Assembly (NCBI GenBank): GCA_013239625.1
Contig: MU053557.1
Coordinates: 4,680,123 to 4,744,122, forward strand
DNA from: Lama guanicoe
Taxonomy: Eukaryota
Reading direction: 5' to 3'
DNA length: 64,000 bases
Shown here: positions 1 through 12,300 of the stretch, in pieces
Position numbering within the stretch: the first letter of the stretch is position 1
Layout: each line of letters opens with the position of its first letter
Position numbers and translations under genes: made by a program
Notes under the pieces: generated by a model
The model's database searches: none
What the model was told of the DNA's origin: nothing
What the model saw: only the letters and a program-made list of their open reading frames with translations

Positions 1-291
1 GGGGAGGGAGAAGAACGAGAGTAGAAAAGGGACACTCACGGCCAGCGGCAGGCCAGTGGTTCCCAGGCCTGCTCGGGGGGTTGGCCAAGACGCAGATTCA
101 GGGGCTCCCTTCCCAGGAACTGTCTGATTTTGTAAAGCTTGAGGGGTGTCCAGGGAGTTGGCATCTTTAACGGCTCCCTGAGTGCTTCTGATCTTGGCCC
201 AGTCACAGTTGGCTACAGGCCTGGGATGCCTTACATGGCACCCCCGTGGACCCCCCTAACTTCCTCTTCCTGTGTGGATTTCCTCTTGCAG

Positions 292-385
292 GGACGGCGT
301 TCCATACTGTGAGTCTGACTACCACTCCCAGTTTGGCATTAAATGTGAGACTTGTGACCGGTACATCAGCGGCAGGGTCTTAGAG
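292..385 (+). CDS. ABLIM3: ABLIM3 exon (~e7), 94 nt, [31 protein letters not shown] (LIM3/LIM4)
   Basis: ttgcag|GGAC...TTAGAG|gtgagt; zinc-ligand Cys pattern. Confidence 0.96.
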
Positions 386-3300
386 GTGAGTGGGTACAAG
401 TAACTGTGAAGATGTTTGAGCAGGCTGGGTTTTGACTCCAAAAAGTCAGCACTGAGGAAGAAGAAAGTCACCCTACACCCCTTTTTCCATAGCCTCCACC
501 TCCCTGCTTTCTCTACCCCAATTTAGCTTGCTACATGACCTTGAACAGATAACCTTGCCTCTCTGGGTACCCCCAAAATGAGAGGCTGGACAAAATGACT
601 CCTTGCTTAGAAAATGCTGTGTTGGGAATATCAGTTGCTTTTCTGGATTCAGACCCAGAGAGATTACTGGTGAGTGACAATCATGATTTTCTTCCCAGCC
701 CTGCCTAAAGCCATTTGTTTTTTAAGCATTTGGTAATGCACTGATTTAAGAACCAGTTTGTCTAGCATCCTGCTCCCTAAGCCCTTCTTTGGCTGGTCCA
801 TCACCATGGCAACAGCTTTCCTCTGCCTCTGATGCACAGTTCACTCTGCCAGTGACAGACAACCTGCAGCACCTTTTCTGAACCCTTGCCTGAGCCCCCT
901 GTCCACTAGCCTTCCTGGACTCTCCCCCCACCCACTGTGGGCCCAGGAAGCTTTCTTCATGCTTTGGGACCACCCACCTTCAGGAATCAGAAACAGGAAA
1001 GAGCTTGGTGCAAATGAAAACCAGTAGCCTAAGAGTAGAAACAGTTTCGTGCTAATATTAACTCAGTTGCTAACTCATGCTGAGATTTGGGGTGAATATC
1101 TTTGCCTTTCTAAGCCTGAGTTTCCTTATCTGACAATGGCTGGGAGACAGCAGACTGGGTCAGGTCTTAAAAGCAGAATCATTAATTCTGACAAATCTGG
1201 CCAATTAGTCATGGTTACCTGGAGTCAGCACTGTGTTGAGAAGGATTCTGCAGCCGCATCTGGGTGCAGCAGGGGAGAATGTAGAAACCAGGAAAGGACT
1301 ATTTGAAGAGATGCACTGAAGCTGAGCCTCAGGATGAGAAGGAAGCTGTCATGTGAAGAGCTAGAGGAAGAATGAGCGTGACCCTTTCAGGGAACAGAGA
1401 AAAAGGCTGGTGTGGCTGAATTCTATAAATTGGGGCTGGGGGAGGATGAGTGTGTTGTAAAGGCCATGTCATATAAATCTCTGTAGACCTGTCTAGGAGT
1501 TTGCAGTTTACAGCAAGTACAGTGGAAAGCCATCGGAGAGTTCTAAACCAAAGAGCAACATGATAAGATAATGCTTTTAAAAGGTTGTAGGGAATCAGAG
1601 AGAATAAGATAAACAAATGCACAGAGTTGATAAACCATCAAGCATTTCCAGGGAGCGGGAGCAGCAGGAGTGCAGGGTAGAGGATGAGGCATGAAACAGG
1701 AGCCCAGGAAGGGTTTGGGCCCCTGTTTCTGAGGGCCCGATACCAGGGTGAGGAGTTTGTAATTCACTGAGCAACAGGGGGTTGTGGAAAGATGAGATGG
1801 AAGTGACCTGCTTTGAGCTACACCCTACGGAGGGTAAGAGGCTTAATTTAGAGGAAAGAAACTAGAAGTGGGAGACCAGCACGGAGGCCATGGCCTCGCA
1901 GGAACAGGAGGTATAGTGGCAATGGAAGGGGCAGTCACCCTGTCTGCAACACTGTGGGAGTAGAAGTCCAGCAGCTTTGCAACCGGGGCAATTTGTAGAC
2001 GTGACCATTGAAGGGGAAGGGGCCAAAAGTTGAACCCAAGTGTCAAGCCAGGGTGAGAGAAAGCCTGGTGTTGCCATCTGCAGAACTGAGGTCGGCAGGG
2101 AGAGGAGCTGATCTGGACAGAAACATACCCATTTCCCTTTGGGATGGAGTGTGACTGAAATTCCCACAAGGTTTCAAGAGAGCAGCAAGCATGTGGATCA
2201 GAGCTCAGGGACAAAGCTCAGGCCTGGAGGGACCAATCTCAAAAATGCTAGGATTTGAATAATAGCACCATGGGACTTGTCAGGATTTCCAAGAGAGAGA
2301 AGTGGGCTAAAGGCAGCCTTGAGGAGTGGCTGCTTACAGGTGGCAGGAGACTGAGAAGTTGTCAGAGAAAGAGGGGGAGCAGTCAAGGATATGGGGGAAG
2401 ATTGGGGAGGGTGACGAGAGGACAGAGCTTCTGAAATGGTGGCAAGGTCATCGGAGTGTTGGGCAGACTCTGCAGAGCAGCTAGGGATATGCAGGCTGAG
2501 GAAAGGCTGTAGGGTGTAGGGCAAGGTCACCTTCAGGAGGACCATTTGTTGAGTCTGCAGGATTGTGGGCAAGAGGCATCCACACTGTAGTGGGGTGAAG
2601 GGTCAGTGGCATGAGAGGTCATGAAAGCAGACTTTTCTTTCAAGAAGGAAGAGACTTCAGTTACACGCAGGGCCACAAATAAGAATGGGTCCCAGCATTC
2701 CCAAGCTGCTCTGAAGCTGTGGTGGCTGACTTTTCCCCACGTGTTACCGTCACTTAGCATTGTGGGAGCCTCCTCTTCTTGGGCAGCTGTGGTTACTGGG
2801 TTTCAAGTGATTCCATTTGCACGAGGCTCCATTAGCATCTTGGATGTATTGATTTTTTTTTCCGCTTATTGCTGGGAGAGACTTTTAGCAATCAAGTAGT
2901 TCATCCTCCTCGTTTTACAGATGAGAAAATTGAGCCCCAAGATATGTGGTGCTTTTCCAGGGTCACACACACACACACACACACGTTATTTCTGATGGAG
3001 ACTGAGCTGAAATCTAGGCTCCCGTCACCCACACGGATGCTGGCAGCTCTCAGCTACTCAGGGGCCTTTGAGGTGGTGTGATGTCATGGAAATACACAGT
3101 TGGAGTGAAACAGACTTGAATTCCAGTTTTACCATTTCCAGCCATGAAACCTTAAGCAAGTCACTTTCTTGGCATCCTAGAGGCCTTATCTATCAATGGA
3201 GAATACAGCTGTTTCTTAACTCCTAATAGAGATCTCAGTGGGAAATAAGAGAAAATATATATATATATATCAGTTTCTGCCCCCGGTTCCTGGCACAGAA

Positions 3301-6300
3301 CTCTTAAAACATTTCTGACTTCCTAAGTAATAAGAGCACTTGGAGCATCTTTTGTTCTACTTTTTGGTCTTTGATCCCATTTCTTGAACACAGAGCTCCT
3401 AAATCCCTTGGAATTTCCTGGGTGGTGGGAGCATCTTTTCTTCTAATGGGATGACTCTGGATGGACTCCTGGATGGGGGCTGGTCACCAGAAAGATCAAG
3501 TCACGATTAGAAGCTTGGAACTTTCAGCCCTACCTCCATCCCCCAGGAAGGAGAGAGGGCCTAGAAACTGAGTTAATGATGGATCCTGCCTATGCAAGGA
3601 AGCCTCCATAAATATCCCTAAAGTACAGGGTTCGGTGAGCTTCCAGGTGGGTGAACACGCAGAGGTTCTGGGTGCACAGCGAGAGGGCCTGGGTGCTCTG
3701 TCCCTTCCCACACGCCTTGCACCTCGTCTGTCTGAATGTTCATCTCTATCCTTTATCATATCCTTTTATGATATTTCAGTAGATGTAACTGTTTCCCAGA
3801 GTTGTGTGAGCCATTCTAGCAAATTTGTAAGCCCGAGTTGGGGATCATAGGATCCCCAGTTTCTAGCTGGTCATGCAGAGGTACAGATGACAACCTGGGA
3901 CTTACAGTTGGGATCTGAAGTGTTGGTGGAAGGAGACAGTCTTGTGGGTCTGAGCCCTTAACCTGTAGGGTCTGACCCCTTCTCCATGTGGAGAGTCAGA
4001 ATTGAGATAAATTATAGGACACCCAGCTGGTGTCACAGAGAACTGGTTGGTGTTGAGGGGGTGGAAAAAAGCCCACACATCTGGTCAGCAGCGCTGTGAG
4101 TGTGGTAGTAGCGTGAGAGTAAGGGACACACGGGAGTGTGTGCTTGCTTTACAGTCAGGACTCTGTTGCTTGCAAGTGCAGAAACTCCTCAAATGGCTTG
4201 GACCAAGAAGGAAATTCAGCTCCCATAATAAAAAACCCAGAAGTAGTTCTTGCTTCAGGCACAGCTGGACCTAGTGCCCAAACAAATATGTTTGGAATAT
4301 CTTGACATCTTGGCTCCACTTTCTCCTGTGTTCCTTTATTTTGAGGAAGGTTCTCCTCCATGATGGGGGAATTGGACACCTTCAGGCTTGCATCCTAGCC
4401 ACCAGCATTTCCAATGGGAGGAGAGTGTCTCTTTTCTAATAGCTCAGCAAACATCCTGGGACTGGCTGATCTCGCTAATCTCGGGCCCATCTCCAAACCA
4501 GTAGCCGTGACTATAGAGTTGAAGTAACTTACTGGTAGGGGCAGCCCTGCTTGACGCAGACTGACAGAGGGAATGAGTCATCCCACCCAGGAAAGGCTTG
4601 TTGCTTTTTCTAAAAGAAGGAGGAAGGATGTTGACCAGGCCAGAACAACGGTCACCTACTACGGGGCCCAGTGCATTTCCGGATGCACAATAGGCACTTA
4701 ATTAAATTCCATTCCCTTCCCAGGCCGCCCCATGGTCCCTCCCTCAGTGACAGAGCCCAACATGCTGAGTGCCAGTCACCCTCCTTCCTTCCTGGTCTGT
4801 GTCCTTGCCAAGGAGAACCACAGCCCTGGTGTCCTTGTGCTGAGTTTCCTAAGCTTGCTTGTAGTTCTCAGTCCTCTGCAGTATGGCCCCATTTTCCAGG
4901 TACTGAATCTTTGCCATTTTTCTTCACTATTTTCTTGACTTTAGCTTGTTAACAGGCAGAATGTGTCATCTTATCCCACTGACTTGGTTTCCCTTACGCT
5001 GGCGCCCACTGCTCTGCAGCCTCAGGTGGTTTTCTGCACCATCCGTGGCCAAGATTGCTGAGATGGGCGTGAAGCTTCTTTGAGCTGGAGCAGGGTGCTG
5101 GAGGAGTGACATTTAGGATGTCAGCTTCAGTTTTGCCAACATACTATTGCCATCCTAGAAAACAGGTCTATCATTGAAAGGATAAAGAGACACAAAGTAG
5201 GAAGAGACTACTAATTAAAACGATTATCCTTGTCATGGGAAGGGAGAATCAGTCCCACAGCATCTCAGCTTGAGAAAATAGCAGGTTTCTTCCAAAGTTT
5301 GAACAGAGTTTGCTTTGATGATAATAAGGACATTCTCTCGTTGGTGGGAGCCGTGCAGACAACAAAGACTGAAAAAAAGGAGTTTGGGAGATTTTTTTCC
5401 TTTTTAAAAAATCTGCCCTTTCTACATTCTTGCTGAACTTTTAGATAAATCAAGCATCTCCAGAATGGATAAGCCTGTACCCAACCCTCCCACCCTCATC
5501 CCCAAAGAAAGATTCAGAAATAGGCACTCAGCATTATGCAGTTATAACTTCTTAATTGGAAGGAACCCACTAGCATCAGACAAGAGGGTGGCAGCGGGGG
5601 TGCTTTAACATCCCCCCAATATCCATCAGTTCTTCCCAGGCATATCCCCCCACAAAAGCCTTGCCCTAATGTGCAAAATATACCTTTAAGACAAGCCCCA
5701 CCTTCCATCCCAATCACTGCACCAACCTCCTCCCACATAGCAATTCTAGAGCTGCTAGTGGAGGGCCCTCACGCATCATGTCCTGTTGGCTGGGACTGCA
5801 GTGTCAGAACTGTCACCATGGAAGGCAGCACTGGGCTGGTGACCGGCCCTCCTGGGTCCAGCTCCAGCATTGCTGCTAGCTTCCAGTGGGACCAAGCCAC
5901 AACTTTCTCTGAGGCTCTTTCTTCCGCCTGTAGAGGAAGTCGCAGTTGAAAAATTATTTCCGTTTTCACTTGAAATAATATTAGAAAAGGAAAGTGGGAA
6001 TTGGGAAGGGGGCTCACTGAAGCCAGACTGGGGAGAGCTGGGGAGGGGGGGTGGAGACCACCTGGTGCGGCAGTCACAGGACAGGCCTGAGGGTCAGAAG
6101 CTCCGCATCGGGTCCTGGCTTTTGTGGTTCCTGTTGCTTGTCCACTGAGCCCTAAAAATGTGTCCTCCACCTGCCACTCTCACAGCGTTCGCTGTGCCTG
6201 TGAGCCTTGTGTACTCACTGTTACCTAATGCTTGAACTTATCTTCAAGTTGCCTCCCTTACATGTAAGAAAACTTATGTAACGTAACAGGAAAACCAGGA

Positions 6301-9300
6301 TCACTTGCCATATTGCCGGTAACTAAAAAATATAGTTCCAGTGGAGGCTCCAAGCCTCACACCTGTTCTCATTCTTTAAAAAGGTAGGTTAGTGAGTTTG
6401 GGATAGATGCTGAAGACTGCACCAAACTGGTACTTTCTCCCTGAGGAAAAAAAAATCAGAAGAATTGATAGAGGATTAAAAAGGCGATTGTTTTTTTTTT
6501 CATTGATCCAATGTTATTAAATCCTGGGTCCCTGTACCACTTAAAATTTTGTCATTTGCCACCAGTGGTGAGGGCTGCATTCTTAGGGAAATGTTGGGAT
6601 GTCCTCAAAGTAAGGCTGTTCTCATCTGGAAACAAGGAGGTGGGACCAGCAGCCTCCAGATGGCCCTTCCACTGCTGGACAAGTGCAGGTGTCCAGGGAA
6701 GTCCCCTCAACTGCCATCAGATACCCATGAGCTTCTGGTGAACTTTTAGACTGTTTAGACTCCCCTGGGTAGACTCCCAACCAGCTGTGGGCCATGAAGA
6801 CACCAGCGACACTAACGTGTTAGGAAATGTTCAAACCCAGCCTGTCCACTGGATGGCAACCCTGCTCTGACCTCCTCTTTCATCTTTTTATCTTCTTAGG
6901 CAGGAGGGAAGCACTACCACCCAACCTGTGCCAGATGTGTACGCTGCCACCAGATGTTCACTGAAGGGGAGGAGATGTACCTCACAGGTAAGCACATCTG
7001 ACCCTCTGTAAGGCATTCCTATCAGCTCATGACTGGAAAGGAGGTACAGTTTCCTTCCATTTTTTTTTTTTAAGTGTTATCTGTGCTTTTGGCTTGTCCT
7101 CAAAATTGTGATTAATCCGCCGCTCTCTGGGTGGTTCGGGAAAGTTGCCGGTGTGGCTAATATGAAGTGACATGTAATCTGCCTTCCGTCCCTGTGCGCC
7201 TCCACCCGCTGCTCGGCTGGCCTGCTTCCCTGGCAGCTCTCTGAGCAGACTCCTCTGGCTCTGCCTGGGGGTGGAAGGGTGAGCTGCTTGAGGCCAAGGG
7301 TTCAGGAGAACAGGGGGATGACTGGGCTGCAGTGTCTGCACCATCACAGCCTCTACTCCCACCTCCCTCTCCCATCCCTTCCCCCACATCTCAGGCTGCT
7401 GCTGGGGTCTTCTCGTGGACTCTCAGGATGCACTGAAAGTAATGGAAGGGAACCACCAGTCTCCAAGAAGCAAATTAGAGCTGCTTTCCTTTTGCCACTT
7501 TCTGGGGTCCAGCCTTCTGGCCTCAGGATTCTTGCACCAGCCTCCTAATTAATTTCCAGACTCCGCTCAGTCCTGCATCCTCTGCCCAATCCGTCGTTCC
7601 CTGGCATCACAGCGTTCTCAACTGAGCCCTGTTGAGAGGTCTTCAGGGCCCCTCGCTGCCCACCAGTTAGGTACAAACACTTCAGCTTAGCATTTAAGAC
7701 CCTCCTACTGAGGTCTTAAACTGCCTATAGTGAACAAACCCGAAGGCAACTTTCAGTCGTTCCTTCATCCATTCAGAAACTATTTCTTGAGCCCCTACCA
7801 TGTGCAGGCTCTGCACCAGAGTTCATAGTGACCTCCAACTTCAGCCCTACCCCCAGTGCCTGTCAGTCCAGGGGGAAGGTGGACTGTGGTCAGTAATCAC
7901 AGAAATTCCTGTCAACTGGATGAGTTGTACGAGGTGGGATGCATGGGGCTGTGGGAGCATGTGACAGGGTGGGAAGGGGCATCTGGGAAGGATCCCTGAG
8001 GAAGGGCCGGGAGTTGGGACTCGGAGGATGAGTGGGTGTTCACTGGGCAAAGAGGGGAGGGATGGGATTTGCCAACCTGAGGGGACAGAATCTGCCAGCC
8101 TCTGAGGGAGACAGAGAGGGAGACCCAGCATGGCCAGGGTGAGAGATGAGGTGGGAGGTGGGCAGGACGGGCCAGGCTAGGCCCTGTGGCGGGGACGGTG
8201 TTCGGCCCTCCATGTGAGCTCATTGTCCTGGTGCCTCCGAGTAGGTGCTCCTCACTTGCGTGCTTCCTGGAATAGTCTGTCCTCCAGGCCTTCCTCTGGG
8301 GATCCTACCATGGGAGGCCCAGCTTGGGCGCTGCCCACAGCCCTTTGTTTGGTCCCCTCAGCTTGCAGAAGAGTCCTTGGCCTCCTCCCCGGGAACCTTG
8401 CTCCTGACACTGGCCCTCATGCACACACTCTCTGCAGGCGACTGTTGTCGGCTGAATTGCTATACCAGCCATCTGCAGATGTTTGAGTAGCCATCTTGAG
8501 GAGGGCATTTCTTGGAGATCAGCCTTCTTCCAGATTTCCCCACAAGGCAGATGGAAGGTCAGGGAGGCCGTTGCAAGGAGCTTATCTTCCTATCAGGCTT
8601 GTCCTGGCTTCAGATGCCCATGGCCAGGAGTTCCCTCAAGATGTAATGAGTTGCCTTTGCCTAGAGCCAGGTTTCTCAGCCTCAGCACTGTTGACACTTG
8701 GGGCCAGACAGTTCTTTGGTGCGGGGACTGCCCTGCGTATTGCAGGGTGTTTAGTAGCATCCCTCGCTTCTACCCAGTAGATGCCGATAACGTATCCCCT
8801 CCCATTATGACAACCAAAAATATTTCAGACATTGTTACATGTCCCCTAGGAGGCAGAATCTCCCTGGGTTGAGAACCATGGGCCTAGGGCTATTCAGGAG
8901 AATCTGATACCGTCCACTAGGGTTGCTGGAGCAGGGACTCCTGTGTTGGGCTGGACGAGGTGACCGTTTCTACGATGCTGTGACCCTACAGTTGCTCAGT
9001 GTGTGTCCAGTAAAACAGGTGTTAGAGGTGTAAGGATCCCAGGAGCACTTGAGACTGTGAAGTAACAACCCTCATTGTATACAGCGGAGAAGTGAGGCCC
9101 GGGGGAAGAAGAGATTTGCGTAAGAACCAGAACGTGCAGGGACAAAATGGGACATGGCCTTTGACTCCCACTCCAGGGCTCTCCTCACCATCCTCCCGAG
9201 ACCCAGGCCTTGCCCGCTACTCTGGTCCCTGCAGAGATGAGACCTCCGCCTTCCACGAGCACTGATCCCTCAGTGCCTGGGTCCCTGAGTAGTTCCTGCT

Positions 9301-12300
9301 GCGGGAACTGTGCTGTGTGCTGCGAAGCCCACATGAGTCTCAGCAAACGGCGTGATGTCTTCAGGGACCCTGAGAACCTGGCCTTTGCACTTGGTTGGAA
9401 AGTTTGTTGCATAGTATTCCTCTGCCCCTTCCCTGGTGAAGACAATTCCCAGTGTTGAAACTGCCCCCATGTTTCTATCACTAGAAATCAACATCTTTTG
9501 CTTCCTGCCTGAATCCCCCATCCTAATCTTTCCCCGTTTGGTGCTTTGAATCCTAGCTCTCCTGTTTACTGAGTTTTTGACCTTGGGTAAGTCTCTTAAC
9601 TCTCTAAACCCCAATTGCCTAGCCTGTAAAATGGGCTAGTGACAGTCCCTGTCATATAGTGGTGTAGTGAGTTCCTGACACCCAGGAAGCTTGTAGTTCA
9701 TTCATTTAGCAGGTACTTATTAAGCACTGCCTGTGTGCCCAGTGCCGTTCTAACACCTGGAGACATAGCCCTGAGCAAGTCCCACAAGTTCCCTGCCCTC
9801 CTGGAGCTCACAGCCTCATGTATCAGTATCTTCTAAGCCCCGCTTTGGACCAGAGCTTCACAGAATGCTGGAAGTTAAGTGATGAAGTGAACAGCTCTGT
9901 GATAATGAGAATGCACAATCAGACCTTCAGCAGAAATGCCTCCAGGAGGTGGGAGATATTCTTGGTGATAAAGAAGGGGCTGTCACCCTCCTCCTTAATT
10001 ATCCCCATCCCGACATCCCTGGCTCCTGGGAGAGTGGGAGTAATTGCAGGGCGCTCAAGGACCTGCCTTGAGGGATACTGAGTGATCCTGGAATGAGGGG
10101 GTCTAGGCCGTGCGCTGCTAGATTCGTGCTGACTCGGGCTGTGGGCGTCTTGGGGGTGGCAGCCACCAGGGGTACTGCTACCACTGAGAGCTGGGTCTGT
10201 GATTGCCTTGCACACCCTCCCCAGGCAGGGGGTACTGGCATTCAAAATGATATTCCCCAGAAATGGCAAGAAAACTGTCCTCGCCGGCAGTGCAGGAATG
10301 GTGAGAACCAGCCAAGAGGACTCCTGGGTGCAGGCATCAGCACTTCTGCTAATGGGCCTGACCTTGAGAAGTGACTTCCTTCTCTGGGGTCTCTTCCTTC
10401 ACCTGTATAGTGAGGATAATTATACTTTCATTCATCCAATCAAACAGAAGTCATGCTCTGTGCCAGGCTCCCCATTATGTGCTGGGCGCTCAGAGATGAA
10501 CGAGGCCAGGGTGCCTGCTTCCATGGTGGAGTTTACTATCAGGAGAGGGAGACAGACTTTAATCAAACAGAAATGCAGACATTCAGGGACAAGCTGTGAT
10601 AAGCACTGTGAAGGGGAAGTCTGGGAATAATGGGAGTATGAGGCTCCTCATCTAGTCTGGGAGGCAGGAGTGGCTCTGCTGAAGAAGGGAAATTTCAAGC
10701 CAAGATCTTGAAATTGAGTAGGAGGTGGGAGGGCAAAGAGGGGAGGGAAGATGGTGGAGGCAGAGAGAACTGCATGTGCGAAGGCCCACAGGGGAGAAGG
10801 CGTTACTTGGTGGAGAAACGGAGGCATTCCCGCACACTCTGTGCACGGCATGCGCCGCCAGGTCAGAGGTGAGGATGGATGTGACGTGCTAAGTGCCCCA
10901 TAAAGCAGCGTGCACACGGGAGAGCGTGTTAGGAAGCCTGCAAATCTTGTAAACCCAGTCTTGTCGTTTCCGTCGCAGGACACACTGTGTTACTGGCAGC
11001 CAGCCTCGGGAGGTTCTTTTGGTCAGTTTGTTTGTGTTTTGATTGCCATGTGATGGCTTTCTGATGGGCTTTAATTGGGAGAAGTATGACATCTGTCTGC
11101 AGGAGAACTTCCGGGGCCCTGAGGGAGACAAGAGCAAGTTTTCTTTCATGTGTTTCAAGTTCTGTTGTGCGCTCAGTCTTTTAACTGTTTTTGTAAAGAT
11201 GCCAGATTTCTAATCTGTTTGTTGTCCATACCCTTCATTTGGGCTTCACCAGGAAATTAGGTCACTGATTTTTGTGCAGCAAAATAATAACCAAAATGCT
11301 GTAGGTTCGGGGCAGAACTTACACAAATATCGCAAAGGTTACAGTTGCTAGATCAGTGGAAGTTCTTCTAAACCCAAAAACTGGTTCACAAGATAAACTT
11401 TGCTCTCGTTCTAAATGTGCCTGTACCCAGGAAAAAGGAAAGATAGACTTTTTTCTCTTCTTTTGTCTACACTAAGTGCACCCCTGTTCCAAGGATCTGA
11501 GGCAGAATAACACTGGAAACACCGGAGTTTTAATATACATTTTTAAACAGGTCTCTTTTATCATTTGTTTATTTAATTAAAACCCACCAGGCAGAAAATC
11601 ATTTATGAAACCCTAGGACAAACCCTGCTGCTAAGGAAAGTGCCATAACAAATTGTAGTTCCTAATAATAAAGATAATAAATGCCGTGAGCTGGTATCTG
11701 TTTAAGCACATACCATGCGCCAAGTACTTTACTGAGGTTTAAATGCAGTATCTCATATTATCCTCACAAGGCTGTGAACTCAAGGCCATTCATATCCTCA
11801 TTTTAGAGAACAAGAAAATTTAGGAAGGTCGTATCCCAGAGCCAGGGTTAGCGCGCCTGTCGTGCCAGGTTTGTTAAAGGCATTTTCCCCCCATTTATTA
11901 GAATTCTTAACCTGGGGTTCATAGTTGACCTTCTGAATTCAATGACTTCCCTGGAACTGCTTACCAGATTTTGCATGTAGGTGTGTTTCTCTAAGGAGAG
12001 AGTCTGTAGCTTTTATCAAATTTTCAGAGGTGTCCCTGGCCCAAAATATAGTGAAAAGCTTTTGTTCTATGTTAATTCTGATCCAAAACAGAGCCCTGAA
12101 ACTTGTTTGATAATTACCCCAAACCCTGCTCTGGTATAAGTGAGTCTATTTCAGATCACATTTTCTCTCTCTCTTTTTTTTTTTTTTTCTTCAGTTCAGC
12201 TGATTAAGGTCCTGGTACCAGGAGGTATGTCTTTCTGGCTCAGCTGGAGAAGCCACTAATACTTAGCTGAGGCCTCATTTTCCTCTGACAAGTACCTCAT

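Noticed and set aside
5870..6148. Possible cryptic exon after ttcttccgcctgtag
   Set aside because: No convincing donor site, no similarity to ABLIM proteins, and not needed for the frame.
9258..9372. Cluster of short hairpins (gcactga/tcagtgc, gggtccctga/tcagggaccc)
   Set aside because: Stems of 7-10 bp are expected by chance; no ncRNA motif recognised.
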